This document shows, piece by piece, positions 27,381-39,849 of a DNA stretch of 64,000 nt. Below the pieces are notes generated by a model. That model was not told where the DNA came from, did no database searches, and was given only the letters and a program-made list of their open reading frames with translations. Numbering within the stretch: position 1 is the stretch's first letter; every line of letters starts with the position of its first letter. Origin of the DNA: Octopus vulgaris (lineage: Eukaryota); assembly GCA_951406725.2 (NCBI GenBank), contig OX597819.1:67704001-67768000 (forward strand), given 5' to 3'. The position numbers and the translations under genes were made by a program.

Positions 27381-28535
27381 ATACACATAAATATAATTAA
27401 GATTCAATTTAATTAGGTGCTTAAATTGAGGCGCCTTGCCAGTTCGGTATACATATATACAATAACTGTAACAAGTAAAAGATAAAAGATATATTTATAC
27501 AGACATGTATGTGACGGGCGGCTTTTAAGCTAGCTACTGTTGAGTGCACTTTATAAAGCTTTGGACCCAACAATGGCACTTCATGCATTGCGTACATATT
27601 AAATTTATGAAACTAGAACTATATTTTTCTAGGAATGAACAATTTTCATCAGCGCAATGATATAATTTGGCACTTGAAAATTATTGCAAAGCTGCATGAT
27701 AAACAACACTTTTTGTCTTCCCATTCGGGGTCAGTTCAAATAGTTTGTTTCTATTTCCTGACTTTGAACATCCAACGCATATCTGGCCGTAGGTAGCCAT
27801 AAACTTACCTTTTAAGTTTTCAACGGTAATTCTTATGCCGCCACTTATTTTAAAGACAATTTAATGTACGTAGGGCCTTACATTTCGTACAAATAATTAT
27901 TTGTCGTAGCTGGTAGGTATCTAAACTCTTGTTTGTAGTTTGGAGAAAATTACACCACTAAACACTATTTCAAAGCACGATTTTTAAGATTTAGAATTGC
28001 TCTAAGCCTATTTGACCATAAAGATGTTTGAAATTTAGTATTTTTTTAAATATTTTTAAGTTGATAATAAAATTAGTCGAATTTATTTTCATGCAGTCGG
28101 AGTGCGCCAAGTTACCATAGATCCAAAGGCCGAAGGCATGCAAATATGTCCGATAAGTTCTATTAATATCTGAAAAAATACTAAGTTTCCAACAATTTTA
28201 TGGTAGAGCGTTATGATAGGTAATATTGTATGAGTGAGTGAGTTCAATATATATTTCAGTTCCGAACGTTATGAAGCAAGTGTTATTGTTCAATTACTTG
28301 AATAACTTCTACTGTTTAGAGAAAGATGTTTTGAAAATGTTAATTTTGGAAATTACTTTTGGAAATAGTTATAATATGTGGAGAAATATATATATTTTTT
28401 TTCAATGTTAGGAATAAGAAAAAAAAAACAAGAATGAAGAAAAGTAGAAGAGTCATAGAGAGAGGGTGTAGGAGGAGTAAACTGACACACTGACAAACTC
28501 ACATTCGCTTTCGCATTCATTATTATTATTATTAC

Positions 28536-29075
<540 letters not shown>

Positions 29076-29862
29076 CCTATCTTATATATATATATATATA
29101 TTTCAAGAAATATATATATTACAGAAAACAAAAGACGAAGAATCTTGTAGGAACACAAACAGGTGTATTAGTTTAAAGCTCGGGAAAAATGGAAAAGTCA
29201 TTTATGTTTCGAGCTTACGCTATTCGACAGAAAGGATTAAGAGGGGGGAAAAAAGAGAGAATTAAAAAAATAAAGAGAGCGAAAAACAGTGCAAACTTCA
29301 ACTGTCAGACTTGGCGAAATGATAGAAATATTATACCCAAGGATCGAGATGTAGAAAGAAACTTAGCGTCCAGTAATCCGTATTAAATAAATAATAAAAA
29401 AACTTGGGGACAATGTTGGTTTGTTGAGACAGAAGGTTGTGGATCTTTTTTGCATCGAAGTACGATAACCTGAAAGAAATTCTTTTATAGTTCACGGTAG
29501 GTGACCTGAGTTTCTGCGTATGCGAATAAGAATAAGACGCAGGCTACATATGTTTCATAGCGAGCGTAACCTCGCAAGTGGTAAATATACAAGCGAGGTG
29601 TATACCACAAGCAAAGAATATCTTCCGTAAAGGAATGGTTACATCGTTGCAAGGAGGTGCATGATAACACATGTAAAATTGGATCTTCCATGTGTTAACA
29701 TATACCTCCTCGCGACAACGTAAACTTTGTCTTTATCAAGTATCCTTGGCCTAAAGTGTACCCAGCCGTGTAATCCTCGATTGGATATTTACCACTTGCG
29801 AGTCCCCGCTCGCTATCAAACGTATGTAGCCCCGATTTTATCTAATCCATTCCTTATATACA

Positions 29863-29937
<75 letters not shown>

Positions 29938-30465
29938 ATCTCTTTCTCTCTCTGTATACACACATTCATATATATATATATATATGCGTGTGTGTGTCTA
30001 TATGTATGTATATCTAGATAGATAATCGCAAACGTGGATAGTTATTAAGAAGTTTGCTTAACAACCGTATGGTCCCGGGTTCAGTCCTTTTTTTCTGATA
30101 TACTGTACAGGAACATTCTACTACGGCTTCGGGCCGACCAAGGCTTTTTTTTTTGTGGATATGCTTGACAGGTACTGAGAGAAGCCCGCCGTGTATACTT
30201 ATGCAAACATATGTATGTATGTGTATTTATGCGGCCCTAAGCATGCTCTTCAACAGATCCTCGTTTGTTTATGTGTCTGTAACTCTGCAATTCGACAGTA
30301 CGAAACGATAGATGAAATAATAGGGTTAGCATAAATTATAAATTCTTTGGTTTCATTCATTCGACTACAATCCTTCAGGGGTGTGTAATGCCCCAACCTG
30401 ACCATAATCTGATGACTGAAAGAAGAAAAAGATAATAAATATATTTTTAAAAATACATAAATATT

Positions 30466-30496
<31 letters not shown>

Positions 30497-30624
30497 AAGA
30501 GAGTGAGAGCGACATAATCAACATATAACCAAGCAATCCTAAATTTATAGAACGTTAAATAATATTTGGGACATACATAACTGCTCATTAAAATTATCAG
30601 CTTCAGTGCATACAAAATACTCTT

Positions 30625-31018
30625 TCTTACTCTAAGCACAAGGCCCGAAATTTTGTGGGAGTGCCCAGTTGATTAGATCGATCCCAGTATGCAACTGGTA
30701 CTTAATTTATCGAGCCCGGAATGATGAAATGCAAAATCGGCCACGGCAAAATTTGATCTCAGAACGTAACGGCAGACGAAATACCTATTTCTTTACTACC
30801 CACAAGCGATAAACACAGAGGGGACAACCAAGGACAGACAAACGGATTAAGTCGATCATATCGACTCCAGTGCGTAACTGGTAATTATTTCATTGACCCC
30901 GAAAGGATGAAAGGCAAAGTCGACCTCGGCGGAATTTGAACTCAGAACGTAACCGCAGACGAAATACTGCTAAGCATTTAGCCCGGCGTGCTAAAGTTTC
31001 TGCCAGCTCGCCGCCTTG
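30625..31018 (-). mobile_element. SINE family A
   Basis: Same head and duplicated body as 7222-7619. Confidence 0.85.
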
Positions 31019-31197
31019 ATAATACGAAATATTATAATACCTAAATGACAACCCAAATTAATTCTCGTCATAGTTTTGGATTTGCCCGTTGACTTCATTT
31101 CCACTGATGTTATCACCATCACCACATGTTGCTAATGAACCGGAAACTGACACGTCAGCGACACCCTTAAGTTTATATTGAACTTAGGTGAAATATG

Positions 31198-31375
31198 AGA
31201 CGCAGCAGTCAAGCAACATCGCTTTATTGATAGGCATTTGCTAGAGAGTTATAGATAATTATATTGTTATATAACTGAAGATACAGACCGTGTTGCATTC
31301 ATTTTCTGCTGTTTCTTAGAGGCGTTCACAAAATTATATCTATGAAAACAAAGAACTATATTGATATTCTGGTAA
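31198..31375 (+). promoter_or_regulatory. Conserved distal upstream block of copies 3, 4 and 6
   Basis: GCAG(C/T)AGTCAAGCA(A/G)CAT...GCATTTGCTAGAGA...ATTGATAT-like block, also at about 37510-37660 and 44167-44350. Confidence 0.45.
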
Positions 31376-31608
31376 TATTTCTCGGAAAGATCATATATGC
31401 ACAAACATACATACGCACATAGTATATATATAAACACTTGCATATCTTTATGCATACATACATACTGATATACACGAATATAGAGTAAAGGGCGTATATC
31501 TTGTACATATCTTTTTTACAAAGTATTGGTGATGATGCAAGCAAACAGATATATCATGCGATGAACCAATCAGAATTTCAACGAAGTGCTTTATCCTAAT
31601 ATACTGTA

Positions 31609-31694
<86 letters not shown>

Positions 31695-31695
<1 letters not shown>

Positions 31696-31853
31696 TATAA
31701 GACTAGTCTACTGACAATGCACTGGCTTAAAAGTGTTATATCAAAAAGGATCTCATTGAATTAATTTCGCAGCCATTTCAAAGTACTTCAAACAAATTTA
31801 TACCATTCCATATTTTACCAAAATATCTAACACAAGAAAGCAAAATATCCACA
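31695..31853 (+). promoter_or_regulatory. Conserved proximal 5' block of copies 3-6 (promoter or 5' UTR)
   Basis: TAAGACTAGTCTACTG...GTGTTATATCAA...CCATTTCA...CTTCAAACAAATT..ACATTCCATATTTTAC recurs before the ATG at about 38063-38213, 41370-41528 and 45388-45524. Confidence 0.55.
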
Positions 31854-32753
31854 ATGAACAACCATAGTCAGATAATTAACGACACAAACATTATTATGAT
31901 TAGTACTATACGGTATGGTTCTATAACGTTATTGCTATTTGGAACGTTCGGTAATTTAGCAGTTATTAGAACATTTTGCAGTAAAGCATCTCGTCACGTG
32001 AAAGTCACTCCATACATCGTTTGCCTGGCTCTTGTAGATTTGGTTACAGTCTGGATAAATTCCTTATTATACACACTTTTTACTTATAGGACTCAAAGTT
32101 TTTATATATATGAGGAGTTCCTACGTAAATCGGGAACATCATATATTCTAGTTATGTGCTCTTCATGGATAAATGTAGCTATCTCCATAGAACGCATGTT
32201 AGCTGTTTACATTCCTATATCCCAGAGGTTCTTTTCTAAGAGGTATACACCGTATTGTGTACTATTTGTAGTTTTTGTTGTTGCTTTCATAACGTACACG
32301 TCCATCAAAATATTCATGAAGAATACGAGACATCAAAATATTGCTATCGTCAGTATATATTCATTCATACCATCTGCATTTTTAATCGTGAGTTCTGTCG
32401 CTATAATATATAAAATAGTGAAACGACCAAAAGTCGGTCAACAGATTTCTCGCAACTTGTCACCGCAGTTACTCAATTCTGTTCGCATTGTAATCGCTAT
32501 CGATGCGGTTTTTCTTCTCACCACACTTCCTACGTCCGTCTATCATAGTGTTGTAATTGTACATATTGATACTCAATCGAACCCAAACATCCTATTCCTC
32601 TTGAATACACTGGCTCTCATAAATAATAGTCTCAATTTTATAGCATATATCATTGCAAGCAAAACATTCCGCCAGAATTTGAAACAAATATGCTGTCGAA
32701 AGAAAAAATTCCAGCCTCAACGTGTATATACTTTGCAACGACGAAATAACTAG
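31854..32753 (+). CDS. Class A 7TM GPCR, copy 3 (299 aa, intact)
   Basis: GTFGN, LALVD, SSW..ISIERM, YSFIP, FLLTTLP, NNSLNFIAY, FRQNLKQICC; uninterrupted ORF. Confidence 0.93.
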   Translation: MNNHSQIINDTNIIMISTIRYGSITLLLFGTFGNLAVIRTFCSKASRHVKVTPYIVCLALVDLVTVWINSLLYTLFTYRTQSFYIYEEFLRKSGTSYILVMCSSWINVAISIERMLAVYIPISQRFFSKRYTPYCVLFVVFVVAFITYTSIKIFMKNTRHQNIAIVSIYSFIPSAFLIVSSVAIIYKIVKRPKVGQQISRNLSPQLLNSVRIVIAIDAVFLLTTLPTSVYHSVVIVHIDTQSNPNILFLLNTLALINNSLNFIAYIIASKTFRQNLKQICCRKKKFQPQRVYTLQRRNN

Positions 32754-32765
32754 ACCATATACCAG

Positions 32766-32774
32766 AAGGTAAGA
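32766..32774 (+). other. Putative 5' splice site in 3' UTR of copy 3
   Basis: AAG|GTAAGA, 15 nt after TAG. Confidence 0.7.
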
Positions 32775-32925
32775 AGCAAAATCAGTTATGTCTCTATTTA
32801 TCAAACATTTTACTTCATTTTCGATCATTTTACAAATGAATTTATATTATGAACATGCTGTTTCGTAACAAAACTTGCATATGCATTATGAAATCTTTTT
32901 TGCTGTATATTTTAATTAACATATA

Positions 32926-33018
<93 letters not shown>

Positions 33019-33372
33019 TACCCCAGCTGAACTTAATTCGCCCTTAGTCGAAATACACCTGTTGTTACATCCTGTTATTTATATTTGTGTAACATTTTTG
33101 TTTTTTCCCATCCTTGTTTCGTATACATTCACTGCTTTCTTCCAAGGAATATAATGCTCTTAGGTTATTTTTCCTTGGGGCTGGCCAGACTGGAGCAATC
33201 TCGAGTATAATCAGTCGAAATTGCAAAGATAAACAGGAACTCGACTGAGAATAAAAAAAAACTCCGAATGATTCGTCCTTGTTTTCCTTGTATCGTCTGT
33301 CTGGATATTTTGTTTTCCTTTTTTCGTTTCACTTAAAATCTCTGGATGCTTTGCGTTCTTGTCCCATTTTGG

Positions 33373-33405
<33 letters not shown>

Positions 33406-33510
33406 GTATATATATACATATAGGCATATACATATATATTTATATGTACAATCTATCTATCTCTATATATATAAATGTATATATATTTATATGTACAATC
33501 TATCTATCTA

Positions 33511-33551
<41 letters not shown>

Positions 33552-34642
33552 TTACATACATACGTACATACACTCGCAAACATATTCTTTTTTTTTTGTA
33601 TGTACAATGATGTGAACCCGACAAACATGTTTAAATAATGTAGCCTGTAACCACTTAAAACCTGAATGTATCCTAGTCAAATGTTTCAACTACAAATTAT
33701 TTTCCAATAAATCTATAAATCATCATATTTCATAGTCAGGGTGTGAGATATAATTATTCCTTGAGCCTTTCAAATTTAATTACTTTGTAAACAATGCATT
33801 ACAAGCAGCCGCACTTTTATAATCAATCTTTTTACTAACCCTTTAATACTATGAAATGGAGGATCTAGGTTATAGCGCTTGTGTTTCCCAATACCATATT
33901 GTCTCAAAGGTGGCGCCTCCGGTGGGCGTTCAGATGGTCCAGGTGAACGCTGGTGTCTAATGGGGCGAAAGAAAAAGGGAGGCATTGGGCGAAAGACTGG
34001 AGACGCTTGTGAATTTATAATATTTTTATATTATTTTATACAGATTATAAAATATATTACATATCGAAGGATTAATAGTATATATAAATTAGTAAGGTAT
34101 AGACATTTTTTATACATAAAAGTAGGGGTAGGGATACTGAGAGTATCACGTGTCCATAAGTGGGGCGGTGGCCCCAAAAGAGCTTGTGTTTCTTTCTATC
34201 TCTCCGTTGTAGCTGGAACAAGGAAGACGTTTTCTTGTCAGTCTCATGTCCAAGTTTGATTTACACGTTCACCATCTGAACCCCGTTTAACGTTAGCAGT
34301 CCTTCTTGTTTGTTTTCACTGTCCTGTTTGTGTTGCCAATTTCGACCCCCCGCAAAATACAATTTTTTTTTAATTTGCTTTGCGGAAGCAACTGTTCTAC
34401 TGAAAGCGTATATTGTTGTTAAATTCTCGAAATACGAGAGTAGAAAAACAGCCAACAACTAATGAAGCGTCGTTCTTTACTTTGTTGTCTTGTTTTCCAT
34501 TGGTGTCCTTGATTTATTAGAAAAAATAGTTCACACACCATGTGCTCGTATTTTTGGGTTGTACACGTTTGATGACGTTCTGTGGCCCACATATAAATAT
34601 ATATTCGTATAGATGTATGCACATATACGTATGCATATATGC

Positions 34643-34681
<39 letters not shown>

Positions 34682-35010
34682 AAGGCGCATGGCTCAGTGG
34701 TTAGAGCGTCGAGCTTACGATCGTGAGGTTGTGAGCTCCAATCCCGGACCGGGCTGCGTGTTGTGTTCTTGAGCAAGGCACTTTATTTCACGTTGCTCCA
34801 GTTCACTCATCTGTAGAAATGAGTTGCGACGTCACTGGTGCCAAGCTGTATCGACCTTTGTCTTTCCCTTGGATAACACAGGTGGCGTGGAGAGGGGAGG
34901 CTGGTATGCATGGGCGACTGCTAGTCTTCCATAAACAACCGTCCCCGGACTTGTGTCTAGGAGGGTAACTTTCTAGGTGCAATCCCATGGTCATTCATGA
35001 CCGAAGGGGG
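34682..35010 (+). mobile_element. tRNA-derived SINE family C (others: about 42968-43270 -, 54950-55110 -, 59788-60020 +)
   Basis: A-box TGGCTCAGTGG, tRNA-like head, then GTTGTGTTCTTGAGCAAGGCACTTTATTTCAC..GCTCCAGTTCACTCA. Confidence 0.82.
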
Positions 35011-35019
35011 GGGGGCTTT

Positions 35020-35058
<39 letters not shown>

Positions 35059-35089
35059 TGAACGCCATGCATCCTCTTCCAAGTAAGTT

Positions 35090-35170
<81 letters not shown>

Positions 35171-35702
35171 TGTGTGTGTGTGTGTGTGTGTGTTTGTGTA
35201 TGTGTGTGTACATGTTTGTAAGTCTGTGTTGTCTCTCTACCCTCACGTGACAACCGATATTTGTGTGTTTACGTGCCCGTAACGTAGTGTTTCGGCAAAC
35301 AGGACACCGATAGTATACGTACTAGGCTTGCAAAGAAAAAGTTCTGAGGTCGATTTGTTCGACTAAAAGTGGTGCTCCAGTATGGCAGCAGTCAAATGAC
35401 TGAAACAAATAAAGTAATAAAAGAATGGAATCTTAATGAAATAGAATTTTAGTTTATTTTCCCATTTATATCACTAGGATTTTATCTCCTTCTAAAAGTG
35501 ACAGAAACCGGTAGTATATTTTATTAAAAATTTGAATACTTTCCTACTTTAATTGAAACAATCCAGTTGCTGAGTTTGAATTTTGATATCTATATGAGAA
35601 AATGCATCTGTGTGTCACTAAAACCATCTATAATTATACAAACTGTACGAAGAATAAAACGATATTAGGATCCCATGTTGATTAACTCAACATGGGAATG
35701 TG

Positions 35703-36760
35703 TTAGGTTGTTTCATATAAAATGTCAATTTGAAAGAAAGGGACAATAAAGTGTTTCAGAAGTGTTGGAGAAATGATTTATTTAATCAAAATATGATCCA
35801 AGTTCATTTATGTCGTTTACACAAAGTTTTCGTCTGACATATGTTCCGTCTCTAAAAAAATTTCATCAGTTGCTGTAATAAAATGTCCGAATCCTTTAAT
35901 TAACTCTTATCTTTTTAAGAATGTTTTATTGCTTATGAAAAGGTCAAAATGCTTAAATAAGTGATGATCAGCAGGTGAGATATCAGGGGAATAGAGAGGA
36001 TCACATAATTCAGGTTTTGTAATTTCGGACCCAAGCTTCAGAAGCGTTCGGACGTACATTGTCCGGGAGCAAAATTGGGCCATCTCTATTCACTTATCTG
36101 GGTTGCTTCTTTTTCAAATTATCATGCTGTTACCGTTTTTCCCTGTTGCAAAAATGAATAATAAACAACTCCTTTCACAGACCACCATGCAGTGACCACT
36201 AACGTTTTAGGGTGGATGGTGAGTTTGGATATGTTTAGGTGATTCTCCTGCATCCAATCACTGACCTGTTCTCCTACTGCTGTCAAAGAGAATCCATTTC
36301 TTATCCCAAGTAATGATTTGATACAAAAAATAGCAATTTTCAAGTCAAGAAAGCAATAAGGGGCACACTTCAAGGCATCAGCTTCTTTTTAATCTCGATC
36401 AGTTGTGGTGGAACAAACCTATTCGTTTTCCAATTTTTTACAGGTGTCCTGAAACGGTTGTGCGAGATGTTTGGGATTCTGATGAAATCTTCGAACTTTT
36501 GGTTTATTTTCAAGATTATCCTCTCCTAAACGAGAGCTTTAGAACCATTACTGAAGAGTTATGATGTCTACAAAACCATTACCAAGGACCGCTTGATATT
36601 CCGTACAGTGTCCGCAGCACAATGACACTGTTTGCACTCATACGAGAAAATCACTCAACGTAGTTTAGTTGTTACCATTTTCTTAAGGCCTGTGGGTACG
36701 AATTTTGTATACCAATATTGTTGGGAATGAAAAAGAGTCAAGATTAACTGCAACGTATCC
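35703..36760 (-). mobile_element. Degenerate mariner transposase relic
   Basis: HPKTLVVTAWWSVKGVVYYSFLQQGKTVTA, a degenerate DN.RP motif and YSPDISPADHHLF (cf. mariner YSPDLAPSDFHLF); many stops. TIR-like TTAGGTTGTTTCATATAAAATG at 35703. Confidence 0.8.
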
Positions 36761-36799
36761 ATAATTGAGCTTTTAAAAGATTGAAATAGCAGGTAATTA

Positions 36800-37308
36800 A
36801 AAATGCAATTGGTACTTAAATTACCGACTCCGAAAGCATGGAAGGTAGAGTCGACCTCGGAACTCAGAACGTATTGTCAGACGAAATACCTATTTCTTTA
36901 CTACCCACAAGGGGCTAAACACAGAGAGGACAAAGAAGGACAGACAAACGGATTAAGTCGATTATATCGACTCCAGTGCGTAACTGGTACTTATTTAATC
37001 GACCCCGAAAGAATGAAAGGCAAAGTCGACCTCGGCGGAATTTGAACTCAGAACGTAGCGACAGAAGAAATACCTATTTCTTTACTACCCACAAAGGGCT
37101 AAACACAGAGAGGACAGACAAGGACAGACAAACGGATTAAGTCGATTATATCGACCCCAATGCGTAACTAGTACTTAATTTGTCGACCCCGAAAGGCTGA
37201 AAGGCAAAGTCAACCTCGGCGGAATTTGAACTCAGAACGTAACGGCAGACGAAATACCACTAAGCATTTCGCCCGACGTGCTAACGTTTTTGCCTGCTCG
37301 CTGCCTTA
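36800..37308 (-). mobile_element. SINE family A, with about three tandem body units (period about 185 bp)
   Basis: GAACTCAGAACGTA recurs at about 36860, 37044 and 37228. Confidence 0.85.
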
Positions 37309-37799
37309 GGATGGTAAACAATATTGATTCAGGCTATAGTTATGGAACTGCTCGTGCATGTGATTATCACCAGCTTCTTTACTATGAAAAATAAGTTGCT
37401 GAACTAGCAGACGGGGACACATCAGCTGCGGCAGCAGCAATAGCAGCAACAGGGGCAGTAGGAGCAGCAGGTGCCGTAATGAGTTTGTATCAACTTATGT
37501 ATTTATCAGATGCAATAGTCAAGCAACATCAAATTAACGTTCAGCATTTGCTAGAGAATAACTGAAACTAGTACAGCAACATAGCTGAGTGTATGGTGCC
37601 TTTCTTCCTTCATACGTCGACTGCGAAAAAGAAAAACTCTATTGATATAAGTGAAATCATCCCGTCTAAGATTATAGACACACAAACACACACACATGCT
37701 CGTTCATATATATATACACATATATACATACGTACGTATTTTTATTTATCCATACAGATATATATGTATATGTATTTGATTCTGTGTGTATGTGTATGA

Positions 37800-37838
<39 letters not shown>

Positions 37839-37841
37839 AAA

Positions 37842-37909
<68 letters not shown>

Positions 37910-38213
37910 AGTATATAAATATACGTTCTTAATTCTATGGTGGTAGTGGAGTATGGCTTGTACATATATTTTGAACAACTGGTTACTGAAATAATATATA
38001 TCATACGAGGATCCTATTAGAATTACAACGAAATATTTGCACCTAATATATTCTATTCATATGTAAGTTTAGTCTGCTGAAAATACACGTATGTATGAGT
38101 GTTATATCAATCGGTAGGTGGTCTCTGTGCATCCATTTCAACATGCTTCAAACAAATTGATAACATTCAATATTGTACCAAAAATTAAGCCTAAAGAATA
38201 CGAAACCTCCAAA

Positions 38214-39107
38214 ATGAACAACAATTTTCAAATATCTAACAACACAAATATTATTATCATTAGTTTTATACAGTGCTGCTCAATAACATTATTGATTTTC
38301 GGAACGTTCGGTAATTTAGCAGTTATTGGAATATTTTGCAGTAAAGCATCACGTCACGTGAAAATCGCTCCATACATCGTTTGCCTGGCTCTTGTAGATT
38401 TGATTTTATTATATGCATATTTCTTAATTTCCATACTTTATACATATAGCCACCTAAGATCTATCATGTATAATGTACCCTTATTTGCCTGGAGTATCAT
38501 TTATGTTCTAACTATATCTTCTTCGTGGTTAACTGTAGTTATCTCCATAGAACGTCTGTTTGCCGTTTACATTCCTTTATCCGAGCGTTTCTTTTCGAAG
38601 GCGTATACACCGTATTGTATAATATTGGTTATTTTTGTTTTTGTTTCTGTGACACTCACATTAATCACAATATTTGTAAAGAATCTGGAGTATCAATACA
38701 ATGCTATCGTTATTATGTATTCATTCATACCAGCGGTTTTTCTAATCGGGGTTTCTATCGCTACGATATATAAAATATTGAATAGGCCGAAATTCAACCA
38801 ACAGGTTTCTCGCAAATTATCGCCGCAGTTGCTCAATTCCATTCGCATCGTAATCGCTATCAATGCTGTTTTTCTTCTCACCACGTTTCCTGAATCCATC
38901 GCTATGATCGTAACACACGGCTATAAGGAAACTATTACAAACATCCGGTTCCTCTTTAATACCCTGGCTCTCGCAAATTATAGTCTCAATTTTATAGCGT
39001 ATATGATCGCAAGCAAAAAATTCCGACAGTATCTAAAACAAATATGCTGTCGAAAGACGGGATTTCAACGTCAAAATGTATATATATTGGAACGCCGCAA
39101 TAACTAA
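38214..39107 (+). CDS. Class A 7TM GPCR, copy 4 (297 aa from ATG 38214, intact)
   Basis: Same motifs as copy 3 (GTFGN, LALVD, ISIERL, YSFIP, FLLTTFP, NYSLNFIAY, ICCRK). ATG 38214 aligns with the start of copies 3, 5 and 6; the track start at 38118 is a GTG. Confidence 0.93.
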   Translation: MNNNFQISNNTNIIIISFIQCCSITLLIFGTFGNLAVIGIFCSKASRHVKIAPYIVCLALVDLILLYAYFLISILYTYSHLRSIMYNVPLFAWSIIYVLTISSSWLTVVISIERLFAVYIPLSERFFSKAYTPYCIILVIFVFVSVTLTLITIFVKNLEYQYNAIVIMYSFIPAVFLIGVSIATIYKILNRPKFNQQVSRKLSPQLLNSIRIVIAINAVFLLTTFPESIAMIVTHGYKETITNIRFLFNTLALANYSLNFIAYMIASKKFRQYLKQICCRKTGFQRQNVYILERRNN

Positions 39108-39119
39108 ATTATATTCCAA

Positions 39120-39128
39120 CAGGTAAGA
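39120..39128 (+). other. Putative 5' splice site in 3' UTR of copy 4
   Basis: CAG|GTAAGA, 15 nt after TAA. Confidence 0.7.
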
Positions 39129-39411
39129 AGCAATTTCAGTTATTTGTCTATTCAACTACAAATTCAATGCATTCTCATTTATTTTATTAATACATATATA
39201 AATAAAGATATCTTGTGTGAAGTTGTTGTTTTTTTTGTATTATATCGACATACGTTTTACCTAATTCATTATAGTATAAGAATTTTACCTTGTTGCTTAG
39301 TTTTTACCGTACCACTTTTTTTTTGTAAATTCCTGCAGGAATTATTCGAAGCGAGCTTGAAATGCAGGCTATTAGAACATTCAAGTACCATTTTTATTGC
39401 TGTGATTTTTC

Positions 39412-39482
<71 letters not shown>

Positions 39483-39849
39483 AATATATATTTGCTCCTG
39501 ATCAAATTGCCTTCACTGCTAGATTATTTTAGTTGAGATGAGGAGAAAAATTTAATTTTTACTAGTGCATACATGTAAGTGTATGTATATGATATTAGTA
39601 TGGATAGGTATAGATATTTACATGTGTATAATTTGACATATTTTATTGATTATGACAGAGTGTTTTATAATGCTAAGTTTGAAATCAATTTACAATTTAT
39701 AAGCAAATAATATTAATTTTTTTCATCTCATCGCTAACATCCAGTGCTAATGGTGTATTGAAGTGGTTTCAGAGGCATTTGGCATCTATTTCTAGCGTGT
39801 TAATGTGGTTAATCCGCGGCTTTTAATAGAATTACTTATACAATTATGC

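Noticed and set aside
30625-31018. SINE A upstream of copies 3, 4 and 6 as an ancestral co-duplicated regulatory element
   Set aside because: The SINEs are far closer to consensus than the genes are to each other, and their flanks differ; independent insertions are more likely.
34682-34755. Apparent tRNA genes (also 12346-12421, 53590-53670)
   Set aside because: Imperfect cloverleaf and B-box, and continuous with repeat bodies; these are SINE heads or pseudo-tRNAs.
36800-37308. Regularly spaced repeats resembling a CRISPR array
   Set aside because: Whole units of about 185 bp repeat with no unique spacers; eukaryotic SINE, no cas genes.
38118-38213. 32-aa N-terminal extension of copy 4 (and an 11-aa extension of copy 7 at 55186)
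   Set aside because: Begins at GTG. The copy 4 segment is homologous to the non-coding 5' flank of copies 3, 5 and 6, where the frame is not preserved.
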